Origin: Candidatus Omnitrophota bacterium
GTDB taxonomy: Bacteria; Omnitrophota; Gorgyraeia; JAFGHF01
Direction: 5' to 3'
Assembly: GCA_043805735.1 (NCBI GenBank)
Contig: JAZDHS010000022.1
Location: 38,950 to 102,949, forward strand
Length of the DNA: 64,000 bases
The notes under the pieces were generated by a model. That model saw only the letters and a list, made by a program, of their open reading frames with translations, was not told the origin of the DNA and did not search any database. This document shows, piece after piece, positions 28,244 through 38,314 of this stretch (the stretch's first letter is position 1; each line of letters begins with the position of its first letter). The translations under genes were made by a program, and so were the position numbers.

Positions 28244-29190
28244 AAGTGGGTGAATCCTTTAGGCGTTAGACCCCTCCTTAAAAGGAATGAGGAGGGTCTA
28301 CCCTTTAGGGTTAACGTTATCTGACGCGCCTTTTTGTCAATTAAGGTCAGGCCTTCTTTTCGGGTGACAATCTTACCGACGCAGGTACAAAAATCCGGTA
28401 AGGCTCTTTTGGCATAGAGTGCGCGCACCCGCTCCAGCGGTAAGGTAAAGAGCAGTTCAAAGTCTTCTCCGTCGTAGAGTGCCCCTCTTGCAGTAGCCCC
28501 AGGTGCAAGCGGAAGAAGCTCTTCAAAAAGCACTGCCCCGACCCGGCTTTGCTCGCTGATGCGCCTCAGATCCGAGGCCAGTCCGTCAGAAAGGTCAATC
28601 ATTGACGATGGCTTGTACTGTTTAACCAGGTAACGCGCCTCTTTAAGGCGGGGAATAAAATTATATTGTTTCAAGCGCCGGGTATTACCCAGAGTTCCGC
28701 TGACAAAAATCAGGTCATTGACCTTGGCTCCGGAGCGTAAAACTAGTTCGTTCTTCTTAACCTTACCCAAAAGAGCAATATTAATCACGATAACCGGTGA
28801 GCGCACGGTATCGCCGCCGACAATATTGACACCAAATTCCTTGGCCAAGGTCGATATTCCCCGGATCATCTCATCAGCGGCCGACAGGGGAAGCGCCGCC
28901 GGTAAACCACAAGAAACTACGGCATAGGTAGGGATACCACCCATGGCCGCGATATCGCTGATATTTACCGCCAGGCTCTTTCTGCCGATTTGATAAAAAC
29001 TAGCCTCCCGGCGGGTAAAATGCACTCCCTCGACCAGCATATCGGTGGTAAAGAGCAAATAAGAGTCCCCGGAATCAGAAATGACCGCCGCGTCATCGCC
29101 AATGCCGCGGATAACTGTTTTATCCGTAGTTAGCTGTTTGGCAATACGTTCAATCAGGCCAAATTCACCGATCTGTTTCAAAGTCTTCAT
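28240..29190 (-). CDS. thiL: Thiamine-monophosphate kinase. The C-terminal ~12 codons are encoded by a palindromic repeat.
   Basis: 316 aa, GDDAAV...TTDMLVEGVHF AIR-synthase-like motifs. Confidence 0.8.
   Translation of the reverse strand: MKTLKQIGEFGLIERIAKQLTTDKTVIRGIGDDAAVISDSGDSYLLFTTDMLVEGVHFTRREASFYQIGRKSLAVNISDIAAMGGIPTYAVVSCGLPAALPLSAADEMIRGISTLAKEFGVNIVGGDTVRSPVIVINIALLGKVKKNELVLRSGAKVNDLIFVSGTLGNTRRLKQYNFIPRLKEARYLVKQYKPSSMIDLSDGLASDLRRISEQSRVGAVLFEELLPLAPGATARGALYDGEDFELLFTLPLERVRALYAKRALPDFCTCVGKIVTRKEGLTLIDKKARQITLTLKGRPSSFLLRRGLTPKGFTHF
28261..28315. repeat. Palindromic REP-like repeat (GTTAGACCCCTCC...GGAGGGTCTACCCTTTAGGGTTAAC) embedded in the 3' end of thiL; encodes ...FLLRRGLTPKGFTHF*
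   Basis: Core TACCCTTTAGGGTTA recurs at 47153-47210 (twice) and 53410-53440. Confidence 0.6.
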
Positions 29191-30224
29191 TTTTTACCGT
29201 GCAGCTTTCTTAAAGCCGTGGCATACGGCGCGCGCATAATCCCCTTTTCGGTAATAATAGCGGAAATTAAATGCTGCGGGGTGACATCGAATGCCGGATT
29301 ATAAACCTTTACCTGTTTGGGAGCTACGGGCTTGCCGTAAACCTGACGGACCTCTTGGGGGTCTCTTTGCTCAATCGGTATATCTTTACCGGATTTAAGG
29401 CGCAGATCCAAACTTGACGATGGCGCGACTACGTAAAACGGGACACGATGATACTTCGCCAGTACCGCCAGGTTATAGGTCCCGATTTTATTCGCGGTAT
29501 CACCGTTGGCGGCAATCCGGTCGGCGCCGACAAAAATCTTATCAATCTTTTTCTTCTGCATTAAGTCCGCGGCCATATTGTCGCAAATCAGGGTCACGTC
29601 AACATGATGTTGCAGCAGTTCCCAGGTGGTGAGGCGCGCGCCTTGTAGCAACGGGCGGGTTTCATCGGCAAACACCTGAACCGGCTTTTTTTGTTGGCGG
29701 GCGGCATAGATTACGCCAAGTGCCGTGCCATAGTCCGCGGTAGCCAGGGCCCCGGCATTGCAATGTGTCAGGATCACATCATTTTTCCGAATCAGCTTAC
29801 TGCCGAACTCAGCCATTTTTCGGCACATTGCTTTATCTTCGGCTAAAATCGCCAACGCTTCTTTGAGTAGCAGTTGTTTTAAAAAACGGATTCGGGAATG
29901 GGGATGGGTTTTTACTTTGTTTTCCAGCCGCTCTAACGCCCAGCTAAGATTGACTGCCGTGGGCCGTGATGTTTTCAAATAGTGAATCACCGCGCGCAGG
30001 CGACGGTAAAATTGGGTAAAGGTGTTCGCCCGGCAATCACGCATCCCCAAATAGACGCCTAATCCCGCGGCAATCCCGATCGCCGGCGCCCCGCGCACTT
30101 TGAGCTTTTTAATCGCCCACCATAAGCCTCGCAAGTCGACAAGGTCGAGATAAACCAGCTGGGCCGGTAATTTGGTCTGGTCAATAATGCGTATTGCGTT
30201 GTTACGCCACTGGACCGTTTTCAT
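29187..30224 (-). CDS. mtnA: S-methyl-5-thioribose-1-phosphate isomerase (eIF-2B alpha/beta/delta family)
   Basis: 345 aa, VRGAPAIGIAAG motif. Confidence 0.75.
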   Translation of the reverse strand: MKTVQWRNNAIRIIDQTKLPAQLVYLDLVDLRGLWWAIKKLKVRGAPAIGIAAGLGVYLGMRDCRANTFTQFYRRLRAVIHYLKTSRPTAVNLSWALERLENKVKTHPHSRIRFLKQLLLKEALAILAEDKAMCRKMAEFGSKLIRKNDVILTHCNAGALATADYGTALGVIYAARQQKKPVQVFADETRPLLQGARLTTWELLQHHVDVTLICDNMAADLMQKKKIDKIFVGADRIAANGDTANKIGTYNLAVLAKYHRVPFYVVAPSSSLDLRLKSGKDIPIEQRDPQEVRQVYGKPVAPKQVKVYNPAFDVTPQHLISAIITEKGIMRAPYATALRKLHGKK

Positions 30225-30231
30225 CGTTTTC

Positions 30232-31338
30232 TCATTGCGCTAACTGCGTCAGGTATCGGCCAAAAAACAGCATCCCGATCATCAGTGAATTATGAACAAT
30301 ATGAATCGTAATCGAGCTCACTAAAGAGCCGGTAATTTCGTAGGCGTAAGCCAATAATAGCCCTAAGGCCATAATCGGCACAAACCCGAGAAGATTGGCG
30401 TGCAGCCCGGCAAAGACCGTGGCGGTCAACACCGCGGCCAACGGTGCCCCCCAGCGCCTTTTGAGGGCATTATAAGCAAAACCGCGGAAAAATACCTCTT
30501 CGACTACCGGCCCAACCAGTACGGCTAAAACCGCCCCGGTAATAATTAACCAGGTCCTTTTCTCCCGAAAAAATAATTTATACAACACTTGATGCGGAGA
30601 ATTATAATCGGATGCTTGGGCAAACCAGACGAGCGCCAGCAGCAAAAAAAACAGCACCGGCAGAAAAGCGATATAACCTAAGAGCGCCGTATAGATGTTT
30701 TTAGCGCAGCTCTTCATTTTTAAGCCCAGCGCCGAGAGGCCCTGCCGATATTTAATCTTTACAAAATAAACCAGCACCGCTAAAAAAAGAAGATCCATTA
30801 CCCCGGTTTTAATTAACGGGCTATAGCGTTGTATTTCTTTATCGCTGAATAAATAAGGGGCAAGCTGCGCATCGACAATATTCAAAATATAGGCCACCGA
30901 GATAAAGATAATCACCAGGCGAAAAACATCCGGCAGTTCCCAGCGAACCGGCTCGTGTTCAGGGGCCTGAGTAAAAATCCAGCGCCTTCTGATCCTGGCC
31001 ATAACCAGGCGAATGTCCAGAAAAAGGCCAAGCACAAAAAAATAGGTCGCCACCGCTGCCAAAACGTAAAGATATTTTGTCGCCGGGCCTTTTTTGCTTA
31101 AAAGTTCATTAATTAACTGCTGGTCCTGGGACCAGGTATCATCGTCCTGATCCAGCTTGGCGCTGCCGGCATCGCCAGCTAAGGACCCTTGCTTAGCGGC
31201 CGAAGCCTTCTTCAGTTGGGTCATTCCTCCGGCAAAAATAAGCCCGGCATTAACCAATAAAATAAAAGAGAGCATCCACACATATAGGCGCTCTCTATTG
31301 AGTAATTTCCGAACTTCGGCAACACTGGCTAAACGCAT
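30232..31338 (-). CDS. CPBP-family intramembrane metalloprotease (CAAX protease/Abi-like)
   Basis: 368 aa, multi-TM, EEVFFRG and FAGLH motifs. Confidence 0.7.
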   Translation of the reverse strand: MRLASVAEVRKLLNRERLYVWMLSFILLVNAGLIFAGGMTQLKKASAAKQGSLAGDAGSAKLDQDDDTWSQDQQLINELLSKKGPATKYLYVLAAVATYFFVLGLFLDIRLVMARIRRRWIFTQAPEHEPVRWELPDVFRLVIIFISVAYILNIVDAQLAPYLFSDKEIQRYSPLIKTGVMDLLFLAVLVYFVKIKYRQGLSALGLKMKSCAKNIYTALLGYIAFLPVLFFLLLALVWFAQASDYNSPHQVLYKLFFREKRTWLIITGAVLAVLVGPVVEEVFFRGFAYNALKRRWGAPLAAVLTATVFAGLHANLLGFVPIMALGLLLAYAYEITGSLVSSITIHIVHNSLMIGMLFFGRYLTQLAQ

Positions 31339-31341
31339 GCC

Positions 31342-32874
31342 TTACTCCACCCGCGGAAAAAGGGGCTTGTCTTTATTTACTTTCGTGGCTGCGGCCAAAC
31401 CTTCCCATTGGAGTAATACGTCAAAAGAACTTTTTGCCCAGTCCACCCCTACCCCCAGTTGTGTGAGCATCTTTTCGGCAGAAGTAGGCATAAATGGATA
31501 GACACTCACCGCGACTATCCGCACTACTTCCAGCACATTGTAAATTACCCCGCCCAGTCGCGCCAAATCCTTCTTTTTGGCGATTTCCCAGGGCTTAGCA
31601 TCTTCAATATACTTGTTGGCCTTATTAATTAAGGACCAAACCGCATCTAGGCCTAAGCCAAATTCCAACTTATCCATCGCCCGGTAATAGGCGTTGGGGA
31701 GTTCCTTGGCCTGGGTAATTAAGTCCTGATCAAAGGGCGCGGTTTGGCGCTCGGCCGGCACTACCCCTTGAAAATACTTTTCCAGCATCGTCAGAGAACG
31801 ATGCAGCAGGTTTCCTAAATCATTGGCTAAATCGCTATTGAGCCGGCCGACCAAGGCCTTTTCACTATAGCTTCCATCAAGCCCAAAAGGAACTTCGCGC
31901 AGGAGAAAATAACGCAATACATCCACGCCGTAAGCGGAAATAACCGCCTCGGGGTCAACAATATTGCCTCGTGATTTCGAGATCTTGACGTCTTCAATCT
32001 TCCACCAGCCATGGGCAAAGACCTCACGCGGCGGCTCAAGATCAAGGGCATGGAGCATAATCGGCCAGTATACCGCATGCTGTCTTAAAATATCCTTCCC
32101 GATTACCTGCAGGTCCGCCGGCCAAAGCGCATTAAATCGTTGTTGGTCGCTATAAAATCCGACGGCGCTAATATAATTAATCAGGGCATCAAACCAGACA
32201 TAGGTAACATGCTCGCGGCTAAACGGCAGCGGTATTCCCCAGTTCAGCCGTGATTTCGGCCGGGAGACGCAGAGATCAGCCAGCGGGTTGGTCAGAAAAC
32301 TGATCACCTCTTGTCTTGCCGAACGCGGTAAAATAAAATCGGGGTGAGTATTGATGTAGTCGATCAGCCACTGCTGATATTTCGACATTTTAAAAAAATA
32401 ATTTTCTTCGCAAATCCTTTCTACCGGCCGCAAACAATCCGGGCAGCGCTTATCTTTAAGCTGGCCATCGGTCCAGAAGGTTTCGCAAGGCGTGCAATAC
32501 CATCCTGCGTATTTTCCTAAATAGAGATCTTCTTTCTGCAGTAAAACTTCCAGCACCTTGCCTACGGCATCAGTGTGCCTTATTTCCGTCGTGCGGATAA
32601 AATCGTCATAGGAAACAGCCAGGGTTTGCCAGAGATGGGCAAAACGCGGCACAATCTGGTCGGTAAAGGCCTGCGCTGTCATCTTGGCTTCTTCGGCCAC
32701 CTGGGCTACCTTCTGCCCATGCTCATCGGTACCGGTAAGAAAAAAAACCGCGTAGCCCTTAAGCCGCTTATAACGGGCAATACAGTCACAGGCAATATTA
32801 GTGTAGGAATGCCCAATATGCGGCCGGGCATTGACATAATAAAGTGGCGTAGTAAGGTAAAATTTTTCTTTCAT
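31342..32874 (-). CDS. metG: Methionyl-tRNA synthetase
   Basis: 510 aa, HIGH (PHIGHSYT) and KISKS motifs. Confidence 0.9.
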   Translation of the reverse strand: MKEKFYLTTPLYYVNARPHIGHSYTNIACDCIARYKRLKGYAVFFLTGTDEHGQKVAQVAEEAKMTAQAFTDQIVPRFAHLWQTLAVSYDDFIRTTEIRHTDAVGKVLEVLLQKEDLYLGKYAGWYCTPCETFWTDGQLKDKRCPDCLRPVERICEENYFFKMSKYQQWLIDYINTHPDFILPRSARQEVISFLTNPLADLCVSRPKSRLNWGIPLPFSREHVTYVWFDALINYISAVGFYSDQQRFNALWPADLQVIGKDILRQHAVYWPIMLHALDLEPPREVFAHGWWKIEDVKISKSRGNIVDPEAVISAYGVDVLRYFLLREVPFGLDGSYSEKALVGRLNSDLANDLGNLLHRSLTMLEKYFQGVVPAERQTAPFDQDLITQAKELPNAYYRAMDKLEFGLGLDAVWSLINKANKYIEDAKPWEIAKKKDLARLGGVIYNVLEVVRIVAVSVYPFMPTSAEKMLTQLGVGVDWAKSSFDVLLQWEGLAAATKVNKDKPLFPRVE

Positions 32875-33749
32875 TTGAACGGAAAGGGAATTTCGATTTG
32901 CCGCGCGTCTTCGCCGAGTTCTACAAGCACGGTCCGTTTAAGCGGGTTAGTGCCAAGCACACGCGCCTTGCCTTCTTTAATCTGGATAGTTTCTCCCACC
33001 TTAGGCATATCCTTTAATAATTCCTTATATACTTTATATTCATACCCCAGGCAACACATCAATCTTCCGCAAAGGCCGGAAATTTTGGAAGGGTTAAGGG
33101 GCAGATTTTGCTCTTTGGCCATGCGCACGGTCACCGGCTCAAAATCCTTTAAGAAACTTTTACAGCAGAGGACGCGCCCGCAGGGGCCGAATCCACCGAA
33201 CATCTTCGCCTCATCGCGCACGCCAATTTGGCGCAGCTCGATCCGGGCCTTAAAATGGCGGGCCAGGTCTTTAACCAGCTCGCGGAAATCCACCCGCCCT
33301 TCGGCAATAAAATAAAAAATAAATTTAGTGCGGTCAAAGGTATATTCGGCGCTGACCAGTTTCATCGACAAATTGTGTTCGGCAATCTTCTTTTCGCAGA
33401 TGTTTAAAGCGTCTTTGGTCTCCTTCTTATTCTCTTCGATTTGGGCCAGGTCTTCCTTGGTCGCCACCCGCATCACTTTACGCAGCGGCGCCTCGATTTC
33501 CGATTCCGAAACCATCTCCGGCTCGGCAATAACCTGGCCGTATTCCCGCCCACGTTCGGCTTCAATAATAACACAATCGCCAATTTTGGCTTTTTTTCTA
33601 TATGAATAATCCGTGGAATCGCTTAAGGGGCTTTTCTCCACCACTGCCTCAGGCGGTTTTACTGCCTGTGGGGCGCTCAGGTCTTTAGTGCTAAAATAGG
33701 CGACCTTGTCGCCCTCTCTAATTCTGACTAAAACTACTTCGTACTGCAT
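32871..33749 (-). CDS. ricT: PSP1-domain protein RicT/YaaT
   Basis: 292 aa, PSP1 C-terminal domain with Cys cluster (CGRVLCC...CGRLMCC); conserved position downstream of holB. Confidence 0.75.
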   Translation of the reverse strand: MQYEVVLVRIREGDKVAYFSTKDLSAPQAVKPPEAVVEKSPLSDSTDYSYRKKAKIGDCVIIEAERGREYGQVIAEPEMVSESEIEAPLRKVMRVATKEDLAQIEENKKETKDALNICEKKIAEHNLSMKLVSAEYTFDRTKFIFYFIAEGRVDFRELVKDLARHFKARIELRQIGVRDEAKMFGGFGPCGRVLCCKSFLKDFEPVTVRMAKEQNLPLNPSKISGLCGRLMCCLGYEYKVYKELLKDMPKVGETIQIKEGKARVLGTNPLKRTVLVELGEDARQIEIPFPFK

Positions 33750-34732
33750 TGCGCCAACTCCTCACGCATAACTTCCAACGCCACTTTGACATTGACGTTG
33801 CGTTCAATCAGCCGGTGGGTGCGCAGGATCCGCTCGATACTTGATTCCAACTCGGCAAACGAATATGTCTTAGCTAAAGCCTGTATCTCATCCAGGCGAT
33901 CGCTGTTAACCAGGTATTGCTCCCTAAGTCCGGTTTTAGAGAGTAAAATATCCCGGAACCAGTTGACCAGATAGCCTAATTGAGTCTCCAGCTTTTGCTT
34001 GTCTTTACTCGCAAAGATATCCTGGGCATTGCCTCCCGACGAACCAGCGCTCACCCGGTCAATAAGCAGGTTTTTCTGTCTGAAGGCATCCTCTTCGTTA
34101 AGTAAAAGCGCCTGGCCAATTCTTCCCTGGGCATACGCGCTTAAAAATTTCGCCCTTTGCGGCTGAATAGTATACTCAGTAAGCAAAATCTGCAGCAGGC
34201 GCTCCAGGCTTAGGGGGTAAAACTTAATTATTTGGCAGCGGGAAATAATCGTCGGCAAAAGGCCATCGCTGTCGCTTGAGGTTAACAATATTTGACTCCC
34301 CGCCGGAGGCTCTTCCAGGACTTTAAGCAGGCTATTAGCCGCCTCTTCGGTCAAATCCTCGGCCCGCGCAATCACAAACACTTTATACCGGCCTTCGTAG
34401 GGCTTAAGCGAGGCCTCTTTTTGTACCAGGCGAATGTCGTCGATAGAAATAGTCTGCGCCCTTCCTTGAGGCTCGATCCAGTGCACGTCGGGATGGCTAC
34501 GCGCCTCAATCTTGCGGCAAGAGGCGCACTGGTCACAACAATCCAACACCCGGCCATTTTCCTGGAGCGGATTTTCGCAATTAAGAAATTTCGCCAGGTT
34601 TAAGGCGAATAATCTTTTGCCGACGCCTTGCGGCCCGCAAAAAAGGTAGGCATGCGCTAGTTTATTCTCACCGAAGCAGTTGCGCAAAAACGCAATCGCC
34701 GCCTCCTGTCCTTTGATATCCGCAAAAGCCAT
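33734..34732 (-). CDS. holB: DNA polymerase III delta-prime subunit
   Basis: 332 aa, HAYLFCGPQGVGK, C..C..C zinc module. Confidence 0.8.
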   Translation of the reverse strand: MAFADIKGQEAAIAFLRNCFGENKLAHAYLFCGPQGVGKRLFALNLAKFLNCENPLQENGRVLDCCDQCASCRKIEARSHPDVHWIEPQGRAQTISIDDIRLVQKEASLKPYEGRYKVFVIARAEDLTEEAANSLLKVLEEPPAGSQILLTSSDSDGLLPTIISRCQIIKFYPLSLERLLQILLTEYTIQPQRAKFLSAYAQGRIGQALLLNEEDAFRQKNLLIDRVSAGSSGGNAQDIFASKDKQKLETQLGYLVNWFRDILLSKTGLREQYLVNSDRLDEIQALAKTYSFAELESSIERILRTHRLIERNVNVKVALEVMREELAQCSTK

Positions 34733-34749
34733 AACCCACCAGTTATATT

Positions 34750-35379
34750 TTACTTAAGTTTTGCCAGGACTAATTTTCTGACCGCCCTTTGAGTCTGATC
34801 AATTTCTTCGGCTACCGTAACTACTTTGATCCGGCCAGGATAAACAGCTGCTAAGTCCAAATAACCACGCAAGACCTTGCGGTGAAAATTTAACGGTTTT
34901 CTCTCCATCCGGTCATACCTTTTTGCCCGGCGCAAGCCCTCCCGGGCGTCGAGCTTTAAGAGTATGGTCAAATCCGGCTCAATCCCGTAGGTAGCTACTT
35001 TGCCAATGCGTTTAATGAAGGAAATATCTATTCCCGCCCCGTAGCCCTGATAACAGATTGTCGCGTCCAAAAAACGGTCCATAATCACGATTTGCTTTTT
35101 GGCGAGCGCCGGGATGACCTTTTCCTGCACCAGCTGGGCGCGCGCGCCCTGATAGAGAAATGTTTCACATTCGGCGTTCATCTCTTTGTTGCGCGGATCA
35201 AGCAAAATCTGACGGATTTTTTCGCTGATGCGCGTGCCGCCCGGTTCTCTTAATTGTAAAACAGAAAAACCTAAAGAACTTAAAAAATCAGCCAACAAAC
35301 GCGCCTGCGTACTCTTACCGCTGCCCTCCGGGCCCTCGAACGTAATCAGCATTCCACGGCCTAAATTTTTCTTCGCCAT
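34750..35379 (-). CDS. tmk: Thymidylate kinase
   Basis: 209 aa, ITFEGPEGSGKST P-loop. Confidence 0.9.
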   Translation of the reverse strand: MAKKNLGRGMLITFEGPEGSGKSTQARLLADFLSSLGFSVLQLREPGGTRISEKIRQILLDPRNKEMNAECETFLYQGARAQLVQEKVIPALAKKQIVIMDRFLDATICYQGYGAGIDISFIKRIGKVATYGIEPDLTILLKLDAREGLRRAKRYDRMERKPLNFHRKVLRGYLDLAAVYPGRIKVVTVAEEIDQTQRAVRKLVLAKLK

Positions 35380-36779
35380 AGCGACCCTTCTTTAGTATCT
35401 TCCAGCACTACCCCTTGCGCCTCAATCATCTTGCGGATTTCGTCAGCTCGTGTAAAATCTCGTTCTTTTCGCGCCTCTTCGCGCAAACTGATTAGCGTCT
35501 CGATCTCAGCTGTTTGCAGCCTATCTTTTTCAGGCACAGCGCTAAAGTCCAGACCGAAAATTGCGCCGCATTCTAAGAGTATCTCTTGGGCGGCTTGCAG
35601 TGTTTGTCGATCCTTTTCTGCCGATGAAGCTAAAAGCTTATTCGCAAAACTAACCAGCTCAAATAAGGCCGCCAGCGCTTCCGGGGTATTAAAATCATCG
35701 TCCATGGCCTTAAGAAACTGCTTCTTGAACGCCAAGGCCTTGGCCGATTCCGGCTTTTTGCTTAGCTTTTCCTGCTCTAACTTTTTCCCGGCCCCAGAGT
35801 AAAAAATCGCAAATCGCTTATAGGCCTCTTTGGCCTGTTGAATTCTCTCGGCGTTAAAATCAACGGGGCTGCGGTAGTGGGCGGACAAAAAGAAGAGCTT
35901 TAGTACCGGCGCCGGGTGCTCCTTTAAGAAGTCCTGCACCGAGACAAAGTTGCCCAGCGATTTAGCCATTTTCTGCCCGGCGATAGTGAGCAGGCCATTA
36001 TGAATCCAGATCCGCGCAAATCCCGCGCCGCTATAACAGCGGGACTGGGCAATTTCATTTTCGTGATGGGGAAAAATTAAATCGCGGCCGCCGCCGTGGA
36101 TATCAAATTCATCACCGAGGAGCGCGCTACTCATCACTGAACATTCAATATGCCAGCCGGGCCGGCCTTTACCCCAGGGGCTCATCCAGGCCGGTTCGCC
36201 AACTTTCGCCTTTTTCCAGAGCGCAAAGTCAAGCGCGTCTTTTTTCTTCTCGTCCTTTTCAATCCTGACAGCGCTACGAATCTGGTCGATGTCCTGATGG
36301 GAAAGTGCGCCGTAGGCCGCAAATTTACGCACATCAAAATAGACATCGCCCGCTTGCTCGTAAGCAAAACCTTTCTCAATCAGGCGGCGGATATACTGCT
36401 GCATCCGTTCAATATACTCGGTGGCCCGAGGGGCGTAGTTGGCCCGGCGGATCCCCAAGGCACCCATATCCTCGTAATAACTCTGGGTGTACTTTTCGGC
36501 AACCTCGGCTACGGCGCTATTAATTTCTTTTTCCGGAAGTTCCTCTTTAGCCCGGGCAATGATTTTATCGTCAACATCGGTAATATTCTTAACCAGGGTA
36601 ACGGAGTAACCCTGGTATTCAAAGTAGGAACGGATGAGTTCAAAGATATAGGCCGCGCGCGCATGGCCGATATGCGCATTATCATATACGGTCGGGCCGC
36701 AGACATAGATGCTGACTTGATTGGGCTTAAGCGGGTAAAATTCTTCTTTTTTTCCGGTAAGCGAATTGTAAATTTCCAT
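35361..36779 (-). CDS. cysS: Cysteinyl-tRNA synthetase
   Basis: 472 aa, HIGH (AHIGHARA) and KMAKS motifs. Confidence 0.9.
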   Translation of the reverse strand: MEIYNSLTGKKEEFYPLKPNQVSIYVCGPTVYDNAHIGHARAAYIFELIRSYFEYQGYSVTLVKNITDVDDKIIARAKEELPEKEINSAVAEVAEKYTQSYYEDMGALGIRRANYAPRATEYIERMQQYIRRLIEKGFAYEQAGDVYFDVRKFAAYGALSHQDIDQIRSAVRIEKDEKKKDALDFALWKKAKVGEPAWMSPWGKGRPGWHIECSVMSSALLGDEFDIHGGGRDLIFPHHENEIAQSRCYSGAGFARIWIHNGLLTIAGQKMAKSLGNFVSVQDFLKEHPAPVLKLFFLSAHYRSPVDFNAERIQQAKEAYKRFAIFYSGAGKKLEQEKLSKKPESAKALAFKKQFLKAMDDDFNTPEALAALFELVSFANKLLASSAEKDRQTLQAAQEILLECGAIFGLDFSAVPEKDRLQTAEIETLISLREEARKERDFTRADEIRKMIEAQGVVLEDTKEGSLWRRKI

Positions 36780-37258
36780 TATTTGCCTTTACGCAATAAC
36801 GCCACGGCCTGCGCGGCGATCGCCTGGGCTTTTCCGATCTCGCCTAAGCCTTCGGCAGTCGTAGCCTTGACATTGACCCGGGCCAAAGAAATTCCCATGG
36901 CGCGGCCGATGGTTGCGCAGATTGTTTCTTTGAAAGGGGTAAGTTTTGGTCCCTCGGCAATCACCACGGCATCGATATTTTCTACCGAGAATCCACGGCG
37001 CCGGATGAGTTTAATGACCTGTTTTAATAAAAGAAGGCTGGAAATATTTTTATACCTTGGTGAGGCATCGGGGAAATGTTCTCCGATATCCCCCTCACCC
37101 GCGGCACCGAGAAGCGCATCGCAGATAGCATGCACCAGCACATCGCCGTCGGAATGGGCGAGCAGCCCTTTTTTATAGGGTAGATGCACTCCCCCTAAAA
37201 AAAGTTTCCGCCCTTTAACCAGGCGGTGAACGTCATATCCGATTCCCACTCTATACAT
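36779..37258 (-). CDS. ispF: 2-C-methyl-D-erythritol 2,4-cyclodiphosphate synthase
   Basis: 159 aa, GIGYDVHRL...HSDGDV motifs. Confidence 0.9.
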   Translation of the reverse strand: MYRVGIGYDVHRLVKGRKLFLGGVHLPYKKGLLAHSDGDVLVHAICDALLGAAGEGDIGEHFPDASPRYKNISSLLLLKQVIKLIRRRGFSVENIDAVVIAEGPKLTPFKETICATIGRAMGISLARVNVKATTAEGLGEIGKAQAIAAQAVALLRKGK

Positions 37259-37273
37259 TAATACGCGCCTAAG

Positions 37274-38302
37274 TTACAACTTCGGCTTGTCGGGTTGGCT
37301 TCTCGTGTTTTCCAGCTTAGTAAAAATCATGCGTCCGGCGGTGGTTTGCAAGACGCTGGTAACAGTAGTAGCGATCGTCTGACCCAGCAGGTGTTTTCCG
37401 TTTTCCACGACCACCATCGTACCATCATCGAGATAAGCAATGCCCTGATTATACTCCTTACCTTCCTTGATAACTTTCACTTCCAGCATTTCACCCGGCA
37501 GGACAATTGGTTTTAAGGCACTGGCCAACTCATTGACATTGAGCACCTTGACACCCTGTAACTCCGCCACTTTACCCAGGTTAAAGTCATTAGTAAAGAT
37601 TTTACCGTCAATCACCTTGGCTAATTTAATCAACTTTCCGTCGACTTCTGCAATATCAGGAAAATCGTCTTCGTGAATCCGCACATCGATTTGCGGATTT
37701 TTTTGGATTTTGCTTAAGATTTCCAGGCCGCGGCGGCCGCGGTTTCTTTTCAAGCTGTCCTTGGAATCGGCGATTTGCTGCAATTCCTTCAAGACAAAAC
37801 GCGGAACGATAAAGCGGCCCTCAATAAACTTAGTCTGGCTAATATCGCAAATTCTTCCGTCAATAATGACGCTAGTGTCCAGGATGATAATATCTTCTTT
37901 AATGTCCTGGCGGGAGAGGCGGATATAAGGGATAACCAGATTAAACTCATCCTTGCCGCGCATCGCAATCACCATACCCAGATAACAGAAGATTAACATT
38001 AAGATTACCCGCAGCGACGCCCGCAGTGTCTCAGTCATTGGGACCATGCTTAAGGCAAAGGAAACTAATACCGCCATAATTAATCCGAAGATTAATCCAA
38101 AGACCGCGGCGGAGAGACCCGATACCGACACCCGGCGTAGCCTGACCTCGGCGATAATGATCACCAGCGCACCGATAATCCCTACGCTTAATCCGGGTAA
38201 GCCCAAGGCCTTGCCGCTAATCGTACCGTAGGTACCGCCTAACTGATACCCGACTAAACCGCAGACGATCATAAAAAACAGGCGCATCCATAATAAAGGC
38301 AT
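37274..38302 (-). CDS. yacL: PIN/TRAM-domain membrane protein (YacL family)
   Basis: 342 aa, N-terminal TM helices, PIN motif [12 protein letters not shown]-terminal TRAM; synteny with ispF/cysS as in Bacillus. Confidence 0.7.
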   Translation of the reverse strand: MPLLWMRLFFMIVCGLVGYQLGGTYGTISGKALGLPGLSVGIIGALVIIIAEVRLRRVSVSGLSAAVFGLIFGLIMAVLVSFALSMVPMTETLRASLRVILMLIFCYLGMVIAMRGKDEFNLVIPYIRLSRQDIKEDIIILDTSVIIDGRICDISQTKFIEGRFIVPRFVLKELQQIADSKDSLKRNRGRRGLEILSKIQKNPQIDVRIHEDDFPDIAEVDGKLIKLAKVIDGKIFTNDFNLGKVAELQGVKVLNVNELASALKPIVLPGEMLEVKVIKEGKEYNQGIAYLDDGTMVVVENGKHLLGQTIATTVTSVLQTTAGRMIFTKLENTRSQPDKPKL

Positions 38303-38314
38303 AACTTACCTCCT

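Noticed and set aside
32575-33315. 246-aa + strand ORF
   Set aside because: Antisense to metG and ricT; no motifs; the same artefact class.
36150-37178. 342-aa + strand ORF
   Set aside because: Lies antisense to cysS and ispF, which have unmistakable synthetase and IspF motifs. Low-complexity, Arg/Pro/Gly-rich translation typical of antisense frames in GC-rich third-position coding DNA.
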